DNA of 64,000 nucleotides from a virus: IMG/VR virus record IMGVR_UViG_3300028653_000010; one strand, 5' to 3'. Shown piece by piece: positions 46,943 to 55,924 of this stretch (position 1 is its first letter; each line of letters starts with the position of its first letter). The notes under the pieces were generated by a model. It saw only the letters and a program-made list of their open reading frames with translations, ran no database searches and was not told where the DNA came from. The position numbers and the translations under genes were made by a program.

Positions 46943-47847
46943 TAACTATCCCAGATACTCTCGAAATCTGTAATCCCAGACAACTCTACTTCCTCAGTTT
47001 TTATAGCCTTATTGAGAACTTTACGCAACTCTCTTGGCTTCCCAGGCTTCAGAATTGATTTGGCGTATCGGTAGAGGTGGTATAGGTGGCCATACTTAGC
47101 AATCCAATCCAAGGTTGCCACTTCTTTCCCACGAAGTACCCCAGCTTCGAAAGCCTCCTGGGCAACATCGACCCCACTTGCCCTTGAGTACAGTCTGTAG
47201 AGCTTGTCCCAAGCCGCTCGATACTCGGACTCGAATCCGTAGTCCACTGATCTACGGACCATCCTGTTCAGTAGCTTACGAATCTCACTCGGAGCTAGGT
47301 CGACAAGGTTGACCTCTTCACCGGCGTCCGACTCATCCTCCACCTTACGGGCCAACTGCCTTGATGGTTCGTGGGAGAGGAGTGGGGCTCTGAGAGCCTG
47401 GACATTGTTGTTCAGCTCAACGATGACTTTGGTTAGCCCTGCTAGCGTCTCAGCAATAGCATCAGACTTGAGACTAGAGCCGGCTCCGTTACGCCCATAA
47501 GCCCAGTCAGCAAGGGCCTTGGCCGCCAACTTCTGAAATTGGATAAGCTTGGTTTTTACCTTCGGATTTACCCTAGCGGTTTGAATAGTAGCAAGCCACA
47601 TGGGAGTTGAGTCAACAGAAAGACAGAAATGCTCATATTCCTTACCATCTGGACCAGTTGATATGATGTCCATACCAACTGCCCAAGGAGCTTTCTTCAA
47701 CTTGACGATCTGATTACTACTAGCAATACCAAGGACTTCGCACACCCTTCTGACAACTACCCACCCATTTCCAGCCTTGTCTCTAATAGCATCCACCTCA
47801 TCAGAACCAATCTTCACAATCTCTGTCTTCACACTGTCTGTTGGCAT
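46942..47847 (-). CDS. Phage antirepressor (P22 Ant N-terminal-like)
   Basis: WVVVRRVCEVLGI...Q..KL...GPDGK...CL...PMWLATI..RV. Confidence 0.8.
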   Translation of the reverse strand: MPTDSVKTEIVKIGSDEVDAIRDKAGNGWVVVRRVCEVLGIASSNQIVKLKKAPWAVGMDIISTGPDGKEYEHFCLSVDSTPMWLATIQTARVNPKVKTKLIQFQKLAAKALADWAYGRNGAGSSLKSDAIAETLAGLTKVIVELNNNVQALRAPLLSHEPSRQLARKVEDESDAGEEVNLVDLAPSEIRKLLNRMVRRSVDYGFESEYRAAWDKLYRLYSRASGVDVAQEAFEAGVLRGKEVATLDWIAKYGHLYHLYRYAKSILKPGKPRELRKVLNKAIKTEEVELSGITDFESIWDS

Positions 47848-47899
47848 TGCAAGTTCCTTCCGTTCAGTGTTATTACACCACGGAAGAATTCAACCTGGC

Positions 47900-48142
47900 T
47901 CATTCTCCGCTAGGTTTTCCGGTATCTTTCCCGATCGACTTAGGCGGCTCCGACGCAGGCTCAAAGTAAATGGTCTCAGGTCTGGGGCGAGCTGGTGAAG
48001 CCCCAGATGGCTCCGGTTCAGCTTTGGGCGGCTCGGGCTCAACCTTGGGTTTCGGCTTCTCACCAGGTCTTGGTGGAACTCCAACGGTTGTTTCAGCTTC
48101 CGAGTTCCATATCAGCAGACTGATTCTGTCCTCGACACTCAT
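47900..48142 (-). CDS. Small Pro-rich protein
   Basis: 80-aa low-complexity ORF. Confidence 0.45.
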   Translation of the reverse strand: MSVEDRISLLIWNSEAETTVGVPPRPGEKPKPKVEPEPPKAEPEPSGASPARPRPETIYFEPASEPPKSIGKDTGKPSGE

Positions 48143-48167
48143 AACTACAGCATAGCACTAGTAAGTT

Positions 48168-48335
48168 ATGAGCACCCGCCTCAGTGGCCACCCTCACGGG
48201 TGCTCATCGATTTTCTAAGTTTTTCTGTCACACAGTCCTTTCGTGGTTAGGGTTGAACTCTTGATTGGGTCGGTTCCAATCATTCCTCTGGTTTGCCGCC
48301 AGAAGCTCGCTGTTCTATTCCAGCGGGTCATGCCA
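48168..48335 (-). ncRNA. Candidate structured sRNA or leader under a class A promoter
   Basis: Four hairpins (48308-48325, 48287-48303, 48262-48282, 48168-48207) directly after the promoter at 48338-48365. Confidence 0.4.
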
Positions 48336-48396
48336 TGTATTACGCAGGATCCCGCCATAACTCAACAAGAATCTGAAAATTCAACCAATATTACAA

Positions 48397-49002
48397 CTAG
48401 TTACCTTCACCTACCTCATAATCCTCAGGTAAGTATTTGGTGAGGATCTCTAAGATTTGCCGTGCGCGCCCGATAGGTATCTTGTCAAAGTGAATCGAGT
48501 GCAAGTCTGATCCAGTACCCGGCTCCCCTCCAACATTGGCCTTGAACCTCGGAAACTCCTCCTCAAGACTCTGGGTTTCCAACTTGAAGACACGTGTCTC
48601 TAAATCAGCTTGAAGGTACCTGAAGTGAGATGTCTGAAGCCTGATGTAGCGGACACCAAGGTTGTTGAGTATGGTGCGCAATGAGGGGAGCGTCTTGCCT
48701 ACAGTAAGGCCGTTGCAGATGGGTCTACTCCCCGAACCATCTAACGCATAGATGGTTCGATACTGGAGAGAAAGCAGAGGAGGGTCTTCCTTCTTCGGAT
48801 CGAACTGGCTCTTCCGGTGATCCTCAATGACGAGCACATGGATTTCGTTTGGGTTGAAATCGAAGAAGATCCCGTAGCGCCCCCTGTCATCCAGCTTGCA
48901 ACTCGCATTCGTGATCCCCTTAAGAGCAAATCCGTCTACGATACTCTTACCTAAGCTCTTGGCTTGCCTGGCTGCCTCATTCGACTTGTAGTGGTGCTTC
49001 AC
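48397..49002 (-). CDS. Hypothetical protein
   Basis: 201-aa ORF. Confidence 0.6.
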   Translation of the reverse strand: MKHHYKSNEAARQAKSLGKSIVDGFALKGITNASCKLDDRGRYGIFFDFNPNEIHVLVIEDHRKSQFDPKKEDPPLLSLQYRTIYALDGSGSRPICNGLTVGKTLPSLRTILNNLGVRYIRLQTSHFRYLQADLETRVFKLETQSLEEEFPRFKANVGGEPGTGSDLHSIHFDKIPIGRARQILEILTKYLPEDYEVGEGN

Positions 49003-49244
49003 TGGGGATCTCCTAGCGGGTCGCCATGGTGACGACGGTAGCGTTCAAGCTCACTCAGCCAACCCCGAGCGAACTCTTTATCCGGAGCTTGGAGGGCACC
49101 AGCATTGGCTTGCTCTGTGATCCGGCTTAGGTTGTCTCGACGTTGCTTGGGAGTCATGTCCCAAAACCTCTCGCGACCGAGACCCTCGTGGTCATGGGGT
49201 CCTTCAGCCTGAACTAGAGGACCATCGATAACTGAGATTGCCAT
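48999..49244 (-). CDS. Hypothetical protein (leaderless, class A promoter)
   Basis: GCGTAATAG 5 nt before ATG. Confidence 0.65.
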   Translation of the reverse strand: MAISVIDGPLVQAEGPHDHEGLGRERFWDMTPKQRRDNLSRITEQANAGALQAPDKEFARGWLSELERYRRHHGDPLGDPQ

Positions 49245-49274
49245 ACCTACTATTACGCATGAATACTCAGGATC

Positions 49275-49604
49275 TCAACCCAATTTACGCTTTTCGATGA
49301 GGGCTGCAAGCTTATTGACAAGAGTCTCCAGTTCTGGGAAAGGGTCAGCCTTCTGCTCATCCTCAGGAACTGCAGCTATGAACCGCTGGTACTCATCCAC
49401 GCGCGACTGCATAGGGTACTCGATGTCACTCAAGGATTTCCTTGTTGACTCCAAGTAACTAACCGCCAGTTTGACTGGCTGAATCATACTTGCAGCTAGC
49501 TTGTTGCGGCCCGCTGGGGTCCTTATGTGTGATTTCAAGACATTTAGGATGAATGGATTCTTGTACCTAGCTAGGAAGACCTGGATAGCTGATTCTTGAT
49601 CCAT
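49275..49604 (-). CDS. Protein containing a capsid N-arm-like segment
   Basis: IRTPAGRNKLAASMIQP. Confidence 0.5.
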   Translation of the reverse strand: MDQESAIQVFLARYKNPFILNVLKSHIRTPAGRNKLAASMIQPVKLAVSYLESTRKSLSDIEYPMQSRVDEYQRFIAAVPEDEQKADPFPELETLVNKLAALIEKRKLG

Positions 49605-49800
49605 ACTCCAGTAGCCTACACCGGAGGCTCGGGATCAATCGTATCCTTTGAGCGTAGGTTGGCTCTGTCTATGTACTTGAGTGGTGGGGGATCCACTTTG
49701 GGTTCCGGCAAGCTCCCGTGAATGAAGGTACAAGTACCGCAGTAGTCACTTGTCGAGTACTTACTCCCTCGCGGGTAACTCTCGCCACATCTATCACACA

Positions 49801-50268
49801 CTAGCATGATTTCACCTCTCCTGAGATCCCAAGCTCCTGCGCGATAGTGGCTACCTTAGCTACGAACAAGCGCAACAGGTCTTCGGCTTGCGACCTAGAA
49901 ACGGATCTATCCTTATTGAAACCCTTGGTCTTGACGGTAGGAGTCCAAAGTTCGATGTTGCACATCCAAAGCTCACCAACTAACTCTTCATCGAGGGCGT
50001 AGCTTGTCCCCGCGTAGAAGAACTTGGTTTGCCGGTCATCTGTACACCGCATCTCGTGACCAAACCAGCAAGCATACGGATCCTTAGGTGCATCCTTGAC
50101 AGGAGGGCTGTAGCTCTGCTTGGGATAATCTGGGACCCCAAGCGCATCCAGCAGCAAGTTCACGATGTGGTGGTCATTGGCTTCGTCGCCCAGCTTACGC
50201 TCTCTTTGCAGGAGTTCTCTAGCTATCTTGTGAGCTTCGGCGCGGGTCAGGGTATTAGTGGGCATCAC
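49801..50268 (-). CDS. Hypothetical protein with C-terminal DRS-x-xR-x-xA module
   Basis: Shares the module with the genes at 53795-54783. Confidence 0.55.
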   Translation of the reverse strand: MMPTNTLTRAEAHKIARELLQRERKLGDEANDHHIVNLLLDALGVPDYPKQSYSPPVKDAPKDPYACWFGHEMRCTDDRQTKFFYAGTSYALDEELVGELWMCNIELWTPTVKTKGFNKDRSVSRSQAEDLLRLFVAKVATIAQELGISGEVKSC

Positions 50269-50492
50269 TCCTCGTCGTCATCATCAAGATCTTCGTCATC
50301 ATCAAGATCTTCGTCATCATCAAGATCTTCGTCATCATCAAGATCTTCATCGTCATCAAGACCCTCTACACCATCGTCACCCCCCTCTTCAACATCGTCG
50401 TCAATAGTTGGGTCGGGAAATGGATCTTGGCCCCCGTTCTCATCGCACTTCTCGCCATCACAATACTCACTACCACAGTTGGAACATGACAT
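50265..50492 (-). CDS. Very acidic small protein with (DDDEDL)n repeat
   Basis: 18-nt tandem repeat at about 50272-50360; N-terminal CSNC..C..C. Confidence 0.6.
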   Translation of the reverse strand: MSCSNCGSEYCDGEKCDENGGQDPFPDPTIDDDVEEGGDDGVEGLDDDEDLDDDEDLDDDEDLDDDEDLDDDDEE

Positions 50493-50499
50493 AACTCAC

Positions 50500-50736
50500 T
50501 TACTCCTTTTCCAGTACTTTACGGGTTTGTCTCAATCCATGTTTCTTGGCCAGGTCGTGCAAGTGCTTCCGGTCCATCCGCACTTCCTTGGCCGCCTTCG
50601 ATAGATTACCACCGTGCCGGTCCAACAACATCCTTATGAACTGCTTCTCGAAGTCAACGAGAAGCAGAGCCCTCATGTCTCCATAACTTAGTTCTAATGG
50701 GTTGAATTCGACTGAAACTTGGAGGGTGGTGGGCAT
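50500..50736 (-). CDS. Stand-alone Fis-type HTH (C-terminus of a sigma54 activator)
   Basis: FEKQFIRMLLDRHGGNLSKAAKEVRMDRKHLHDLAKKHGL. Confidence 0.85.
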   Translation of the reverse strand: MPTTLQVSVEFNPLELSYGDMRALLLVDFEKQFIRMLLDRHGGNLSKAAKEVRMDRKHLHDLAKKHGLRQTRKVLEKE

Positions 50737-50835
50737 TTGAAGTATTTCTACGCTAGCATCTCTGAAATTGCAACCCTAAGGTAACCTGACACCTAACAAG
50801 ATGTAATAGTTACGTTTTCTAACTAAGGTAGCCCT

Positions 50836-51411
50836 TCACCTGGGTAGTCCTCCTCCAAGGGCGATAGCTACGAGCATATGTCTTGCGGTCAAGTCATCTA
50901 CTCGGAACCGCAGCTCAACGTCAGTCGTCGGGCTATCCTGGATGTACTGCGTGAATTCAGGGAAGTCCCGGCGCAGGTTAGCAACGAGGGTCACCCTTGC
51001 TTTTTCAATATCCTTGCTGAGTCGGTTCGCAATGCTTGCAGACTCAATCGCCCGGAAGCGATCCTTCAAAACATTCGCCACCTTGACCATAGAGTGGTTC
51101 TTCGCTACCTCGGTCTGCTCGTACATCCTGCAGACACACTCACGAATCTTGCCCACATAGATTCGATGGTACTTGAACTTGAACTTTCCCGTTGGGTGGC
51201 GTCGTTCGAATATCTCGTGAACCTCCACCACGTTATAGGTCTCCTTCTTAACCGTGAGTGCAATTCGATAGTGATCCTCAGAGTCTAGCTCGGCCACCGC
51301 GGGCATATTGGACTCGGTTAGCTCACGAAGGATCTCTGTGCAAAGATTTCTAGCACGAGCTTTCATCTCTGGACTACTGTACCCTGGTGGTCTAAACTTC
51401 AGGCTCATCAT
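50836..51411 (-). CDS. Hypothetical protein
   Basis: ATGA coupling to infA. Confidence 0.6.
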   Translation of the reverse strand: MMSLKFRPPGYSSPEMKARARNLCTEILRELTESNMPAVAELDSEDHYRIALTVKKETYNVVEVHEIFERRHPTGKFKFKYHRIYVGKIRECVCRMYEQTEVAKNHSMVKVANVLKDRFRAIESASIANRLSKDIEKARVTLVANLRRDFPEFTQYIQDSPTTDVELRFRVDDLTARHMLVAIALGGGLPR

Positions 51412-51632
51412 TTTTTAGTTCTCCAAGTGACAAGACCGTGGGTCTTGTCCGACGGCGCGACTTCGACTTTCACATCATCACCAGGGATCAAGCGAATGCC
51501 GAATTTCTTCATCTTTCCGCAGAGTTGAGCCCGAATTGCATCAGACCCATCCTGGGGCTTGACCTCATACTGACCACCACCCAGAGCAGAGGTCACTCTT
51601 CCCTCGATTACAACATGGTCGCTTCGTGGCAT
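51408..51632 (-). CDS. infA: Translation initiation factor IF-1
   Basis: IEGRVTSALG...AQLCGKMKKFGIRLIPGDDVKVE..P.D...G...WR. Confidence 0.92.
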   Translation of the reverse strand: MPRSDHVVIEGRVTSALGGGQYEVKPQDGSDAIRAQLCGKMKKFGIRLIPGDDVKVEVAPSDKTHGLVTWRTKK

Positions 51633-51643
51633 GGTTCTTTCCT

Positions 51644-51958
51644 TTAGGCTAGTAAGTCGCTTTCCTCTACTGATTCCACATGGTACCCGAAGTAGTCACC
51701 GTACCCTAGTCCGGGTTGACCAAGGACGTTGTTAATAGGTTTCATCATATCTTGCTCGGTTCCGTCAAAGTATTCACCGTTCTTGTCATAGAATTTCCAT
51801 GTACCATTGCCGATCAAGATGGTGAGCTTATGTTTTTGACACCAAGGAATTAGTACATCAGTTCTCCACTGTTCAGCCAAAGCATCCATCCTAGCGATGG
51901 CCTCAGCATTGATCTCCCCAATCATCCTTCCAATCACCCTACTTGTGACTTTTGCCAT
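51644..51958 (-). CDS. Hypothetical protein
   Basis: MAKVTSRV start after AAGGAG. Confidence 0.55.
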   Translation of the reverse strand: MAKVTSRVIGRMIGEINAEAIARMDALAEQWRTDVLIPWCQKHKLTILIGNGTWKFYDKNGEYFDGTEQDMMKPINNVLGQPGLGYGDYFGYHVESVEESDLLA

Positions 51959-51965
51959 AGGCTCC

Positions 51966-52298
51966 TTAGCGTCTGAAGTAGACAGCCCCGTACGGAGTGA
52001 CAGCGGCTGCACCCTTGTCCGTGTTGAATATGCTACCCCGCGCGCCCTTTGCAGGACCCTTCCAACTGTGAGCCTTGAGGATAGTCCCATCTCGGTCAAC
52101 GAAGCAGAAAACCGAACGTTGATCCGAAGCATTTGTGTATGCGCTGACAACGCGACAGTAGCGCGGGCCGCGCATGACGGTCAGGGTGACTTGATTGAGC
52201 TCTGACTTGTCCTTGTTGGAATTAGTCTCGGCCAAACGGACGAAAGTCTCAAGAGCAGCGTCGAAGTCAGCGGGGGTCCGTGCGGTTTCGGTGGGCAT
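51966..52298 (-). CDS. Conserved phage early protein
   Basis: RSVFCFVD.DGTILKA.SWKGPAKGARGSI; class A promoter. Confidence 0.7.
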   Translation of the reverse strand: MPTETARTPADFDAALETFVRLAETNSNKDKSELNQVTLTVMRGPRYCRVVSAYTNASDQRSVFCFVDRDGTILKAHSWKGPAKGARGSIFNTDKGAAAVTPYGAVYFRR

Positions 52299-52365
52299 GT
52301 CTTCTATTACGCATGACGGGCAGGAATCTCAACAAGAAGTACATCTTTCGGTGTACTTGAGTATC

Positions 52366-52638
52366 ATGCCTACCTCAGAGGAAGCTGTCCAGAGTATTGA
52401 AGCCAGACTCCAAGTAATTGAAGCAAACTATCGTCAGCAGTTTGCTTCGGTTCGTACTCCTGAAGCGTTGAGTAGCGCAAGAGCTTGCATACTCGGTAAG
52501 CAGAGCGACTTCACAGGGGTACTCCGGATGATGGGCGACGTCCCTGCAGACCAGAAACGCGAAGTGGGTGGTAAGATCAACGCTTGGCGCGCACGGGTCG
52601 AGAGTGCCTATCACACTAGAATGATGGAACTCCGGTAG
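52366..52638 (+). CDS. Stand-alone phenylalanyl-tRNA synthetase alpha N-terminal coiled-coil domain
   Basis: L..AR...LGKQSDFTGVLRMMGDVPADQKREVGGKIN; ATG 10 nt after GGTGTA. Confidence 0.75.
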   Translation: MPTSEEAVQSIEARLQVIEANYRQQFASVRTPEALSSARACILGKQSDFTGVLRMMGDVPADQKREVGGKINAWRARVESAYHTRMMELR

Positions 52639-52679
52639 ATTCTTGTTGAGATCAGTGCCCATTGTACGTAATACAGGGC

Positions 52680-53213
52680 ATGGCTACAAAATCATCAGAA
52701 GACTATGAAGTCACCATCAGCCTACCTGATCACTTTGCTAGTGAGATAGTACCTGAGGATGTTCGAGGTACTCTGAAGGTCAAGCTCACCTACAAGCCTA
52801 CGAAGGGTAGCCGCTCTGTTGACCTAAAAGAAGGTCGGAACAAGATCCTGACCCTGTCCATCGTGGGTGATGTATGGAATCGAAAAGGGTACATCGCCTC
52901 GTGTCAGTGCGTCTCAACAATCCGAGAGATCTGGGGTCACATCCCTGAGGTGTCCGAACTCTGTGACCTGTGGGAGCGCTGGCATCTGAATGATATCATC
53001 GCCGGAACGCGTCCGCAAACGGCCGCCTTGGCTACGGAAGCTAGACCTGATGATGCAAATTACTACGATTGGGCATGCGAACTTCTGAAGCGCAAGGGCT
53101 TGTTCATTGACCGGGGCTACGAGTTTGCTAAGTCATGGCTATTCGACCCGATGCCTGCTAAGGTTGTGGCGCGCATCCGGACCCTGGTCAAGAAGATTGA
53201 CTTCAGAGCATGA
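52680..53213 (+). CDS. Hypothetical phage protein, paralog of 55262-55924
   Basis: WGHIPEV.ELC.LWERW..ND shared. Confidence 0.7.
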   Translation: MATKSSEDYEVTISLPDHFASEIVPEDVRGTLKVKLTYKPTKGSRSVDLKEGRNKILTLSIVGDVWNRKGYIASCQCVSTIREIWGHIPEVSELCDLWERWHLNDIIAGTRPQTAALATEARPDDANYYDWACELLKRKGLFIDRGYEFAKSWLFDPMPAKVVARIRTLVKKIDFRA

Positions 53214-53425
53214 CCAGCCAACTCAATCGAACAACCAAGTGCATCTCGATGTCCAAGCTGGACTATTGGGAGCTCACTTATGTCTGTCATAGCCGGCAGA
53301 CCAAGCGCTACATCAAGAAGACCAAGCACCGCGCGGAGCGCCGGCTTGGTCGATTGGTGATTCAAGATTGATGGAACGACCGAGGCCCAGCTGGTATCCA
53401 ACTGGGCCTCGAATCAACCGTCCCC

Positions 53426-53764
53426 TTACGCCCGAGCAAAGTGCACTACGGGCAATGCCAAGCACAGACCAGTCTCACCCTCGAACAACGGTCTCAGAAC
53501 GTCATCATAGACGTCTTCAAACGTACCCTTGTCCGTAATCTTGGTCCCACGAATCGACTTGAACTCGATCTTGTAGGTGTCGTTAACCAAGGTGATCTTG
53601 CAGTAATTGGATTGGTTCTGTGCATGACACCTGAACCGGAAGGACAGCGCGCCTTCAGCGTGTGAGAACACATTGTAGGCACCAATCATGGGTTTGATGT
53701 GCCCACCCAATTGATTGAGAATGGTCTCGGCTATTTGCTTCTGTTCTTCGATTGAGTAGGTCAT
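53426..53764 (-). CDS. Conserved phage early protein
   Basis: IAETILNQLGG...MIGA...FEGETGL; class A promoter. Confidence 0.7.
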   Translation of the reverse strand: MTYSIEEQKQIAETILNQLGGHIKPMIGAYNVFSHAEGALSFRFRCHAQNQSNYCKITLVNDTYKIEFKSIRGTKITDKGTFEDVYDDVLRPLFEGETGLCLALPVVHFARA

Positions 53765-53794
53765 ACTCTCTATTACGCGCGAGGGGCGCGGATC

Positions 53795-54103
53795 TCAACA
53801 ATCACTGAACCCAAAAGATTCAGCATTTTCCAAGAGGGACCGAAGCTTCACCCTCAGAAGACGTTCCGCTTCCTGGCGCGCAAGCGCGCGGTCCTCGCTA
53901 CAACCCTCGGCCACCAAGTCATCGGTGATATGAGGACCGTCCCCCTTGATGCGAATCCTAGTATTCCAATGGACCCCGTTATACCACTCGGTGAGGGACC
54001 CTTCGCTGTCCTCGTAAGTACCCTCATCTGTTAGGGTTTTCTCCAACCAAGTATCGAACTGGGGGTCATGGGTAAAGTAGGCTTTTCTGGCTTCTCCGCT
54101 CAT
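53795..54103 (-). CDS. DRS-module paralog
   Basis: SEDRALARQEAERLL. Confidence 0.6.
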   Translation of the reverse strand: MSGEARKAYFTHDPQFDTWLEKTLTDEGTYEDSEGSLTEWYNGVHWNTRIRIKGDGPHITDDLVAEGCSEDRALARQEAERLLRVKLRSLLENAESFGFSDC

Positions 54104-54438
54104 AGTACTCCCAAGAATACTAGGTTTTGGATCATTGGGTCAAGTTGTTCTTTGAGATTGGCTATCGCGCGAGCGCGGGCTTCAGATCGATCTGACTCAA
54201 AACCAGTACCTTTGGCCACCGTATCGAGTATGCAATCGGAGGGTAGGCTGACCTCTATCGTGGCGGTCCAATCCTCACCCCGTCGCTTCCCTTTTGCCAA
54301 GGGGTTCTGAACGTACAGGGTCTCGACTAATAAAACCCCTTCACGGGGTTCACCGTGAGATACATTGGGGTCTTTTTGGTCTTGAACCATGGGAGTCCCG
54401 AACCAAGTCGAGAAGTCAGGGTTTTTCAGTTCAGGCAT
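54100..54438 (-). CDS. DRS-module paralog
   Basis: ESDRSEARARAIANL. Confidence 0.6.
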   Translation of the reverse strand: MPELKNPDFSTWFGTPMVQDQKDPNVSHGEPREGVLLVETLYVQNPLAKGKRRGEDWTATIEVSLPSDCILDTVAKGTGFESDRSEARARAIANLKEQLDPMIQNLVFLGVL

Positions 54439-54483
54439 GTCGTATCTCCAGTGATAACAGCTGAGTTAAGTAGTGCAAGAATG

Positions 54484-54783
54484 TCAGTGAGACATGACGG
54501 TCAGAGCGTCCGGATCCTTGGCCATATCATCAGCAAGCCTTCGTTCAGCCTCACGTCTTGCCGTCGAGCGATCCATGGACATGGCCTGACCAACGAACTT
54601 GTCATCGATTCGAATCTTGGCCGCCCAGTAGATTCCATCATAGCAGGCTTCCAGTATGGCTAGCCCACGCTCGTTGGTTGCTACGAATACCTTGCCCGGG
54701 TAGTACTCCGATGGTTTGACTTCGAAGCCCATCCATTTTGAGAAGTTTTCTGGTTCCTGATTCGGTTGCTTTGGGTAGATCAT
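54484..54783 (-). CDS. DRS-module paralog (leaderless)
   Basis: SMDRSTARREAERRL; class A promoter. Confidence 0.6.
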   Translation of the reverse strand: MIYPKQPNQEPENFSKWMGFEVKPSEYYPGKVFVATNERGLAILEACYDGIYWAAKIRIDDKFVGQAMSMDRSTARREAERRLADDMAKDPDALTVMSH

Positions 54784-54813
54784 GTTCACTATTACGCGTG
54801 AGGAGTAGGTTTC

Positions 54814-55269
54814 TCAACCTGATCTTCTCAGGTTTTCAACGATGGTGTCCCAGGCCGGAGGCGGTCTGGTCGACATTCGAAGTCTCATGTTTCTCCGGTG
54901 CGCTTCCTTCACCAAGGAGTCCCAAACATCAGAGGGGCTTCTAGGTTTAGCTTTAGGGGGAGCAGGGGCAGGGCAAATCTTTGATTGTCTGGTTGGGGCG
55001 GACTCGAGTGTTCCCTTCTGAACCCCCACGACGGTCTTTTGGTGGCACGCACGCATTACCTTGATGAGGCAACTGCTCAGGTCAGTACTTCCCAGGTGCC
55101 CGCTGTAGTCGTAGTGATCAGTATAGACAACCACCCCACCGTCGACGAACACTTGGGTCGTGATCTTGGACTTACTGGGGAGATCCTCAGTCTGAACATA
55201 GTACTCAACCCCATCTCGGGATAGATTGCTGTTCAACCCCATCGCTGGTTTTCTAAGGGGTTCAGGCAT
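54814..55269 (-). CDS. Homolog of a conserved myxobacterial N-terminal domain
   Basis: GLNSNL...G..YYVQTED.....ITTQVFVDGG......Y......M...H pattern. Confidence 0.6.
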   Translation of the reverse strand: MPEPLRKPAMGLNSNLSRDGVEYYVQTEDLPSKSKITTQVFVDGGVVVYTDHYDYSGHLGSTDLSSCLIKVMRACHQKTVVGVQKGTLESAPTRQSKICPAPAPPKAKPRSPSDVWDSLVKEAHRRNMRLRMSTRPPPAWDTIVENLRRSG

Positions 55270-55924
55270 TTACGCATTCCTTCATCTCAAAGGTTGGCAT
55301 AAGAGTCTTGAGTCTCTCGACCACCTGCTCAATTTTCGACAGGATCTCTGAAGGTATGATTTCGATGAGAGTGTCAGAACCCCAGATGTAACCGTGGTCA
55401 CAGTAGAGACCCACATCGATTAGGTAGGTCTTGACCCACTTCTCGTAGTCATCAAAACCAACCTCACTCACACCTTCGAGAGCGGCATTCTGGTCTCGGG
55501 TTCCAAGCCTATTGTCGTTACTAGTCCAGCGCTCCCAGAGCCGACAGAGTTCAGCTACCTCAGGGATGTGTCCCCAGTAACGCAGAATCTCATCCGTGCA
55601 CTGCCCAGTCACCGAGCGATCTCGCTGATTGACCGAACCCGAGAAACGGACCTTGACGAACTCAGACTCCGCTTCGACGGCCCTTAGATCAACCGTCAGG
55701 GTTCTAGTATGAGCCTCTTGCCGGTAGAAGTTGATGTGCAGGGTAGCCATCACCTCATGGCAGTTGTTCTTGGCTGTGGAGCTGTCAAGTCTAATCAGGC
55801 TGGAGAAAATCTTGGTAGTCACGTCCCACCTCTTTACACTTGATATTACGTGCGAGGCATGGTGGTTCTCAACCAAAAACTTAGGGCTTATTGAAACTAA
55901 ATAGCCCTCTGCAGCCATATACAA
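55262..55924 (-). CDS. Hypothetical protein, paralog of 52680-53213
   Basis: Shared motif; start uncertain. Confidence 0.6.
   Translation of the reverse strand: MYMAAEGYLVSISPKFLVENHHASHVISSVKRWDVTTKIFSSLIRLDSSTAKNNCHEVMATLHINFYRQEAHTRTLTVDLRAVEAESEFVKVRFSGSVNQRDRSVTGQCTDEILRYWGHIPEVAELCRLWERWTSNDNRLGTRDQNAALEGVSEVGFDDYEKWVKTYLIDVGLYCDHGYIWGSDTLIEIIPSEILSKIEQVVERLKTLMPTFEMKECVNA

Noticed and set aside
50029-50604. Ser/Arg-rich 191-aa plus-strand ORF and similar antisense ORFs
   Set aside because: Shadow frames of real minus-strand genes and of the acidic repeat.
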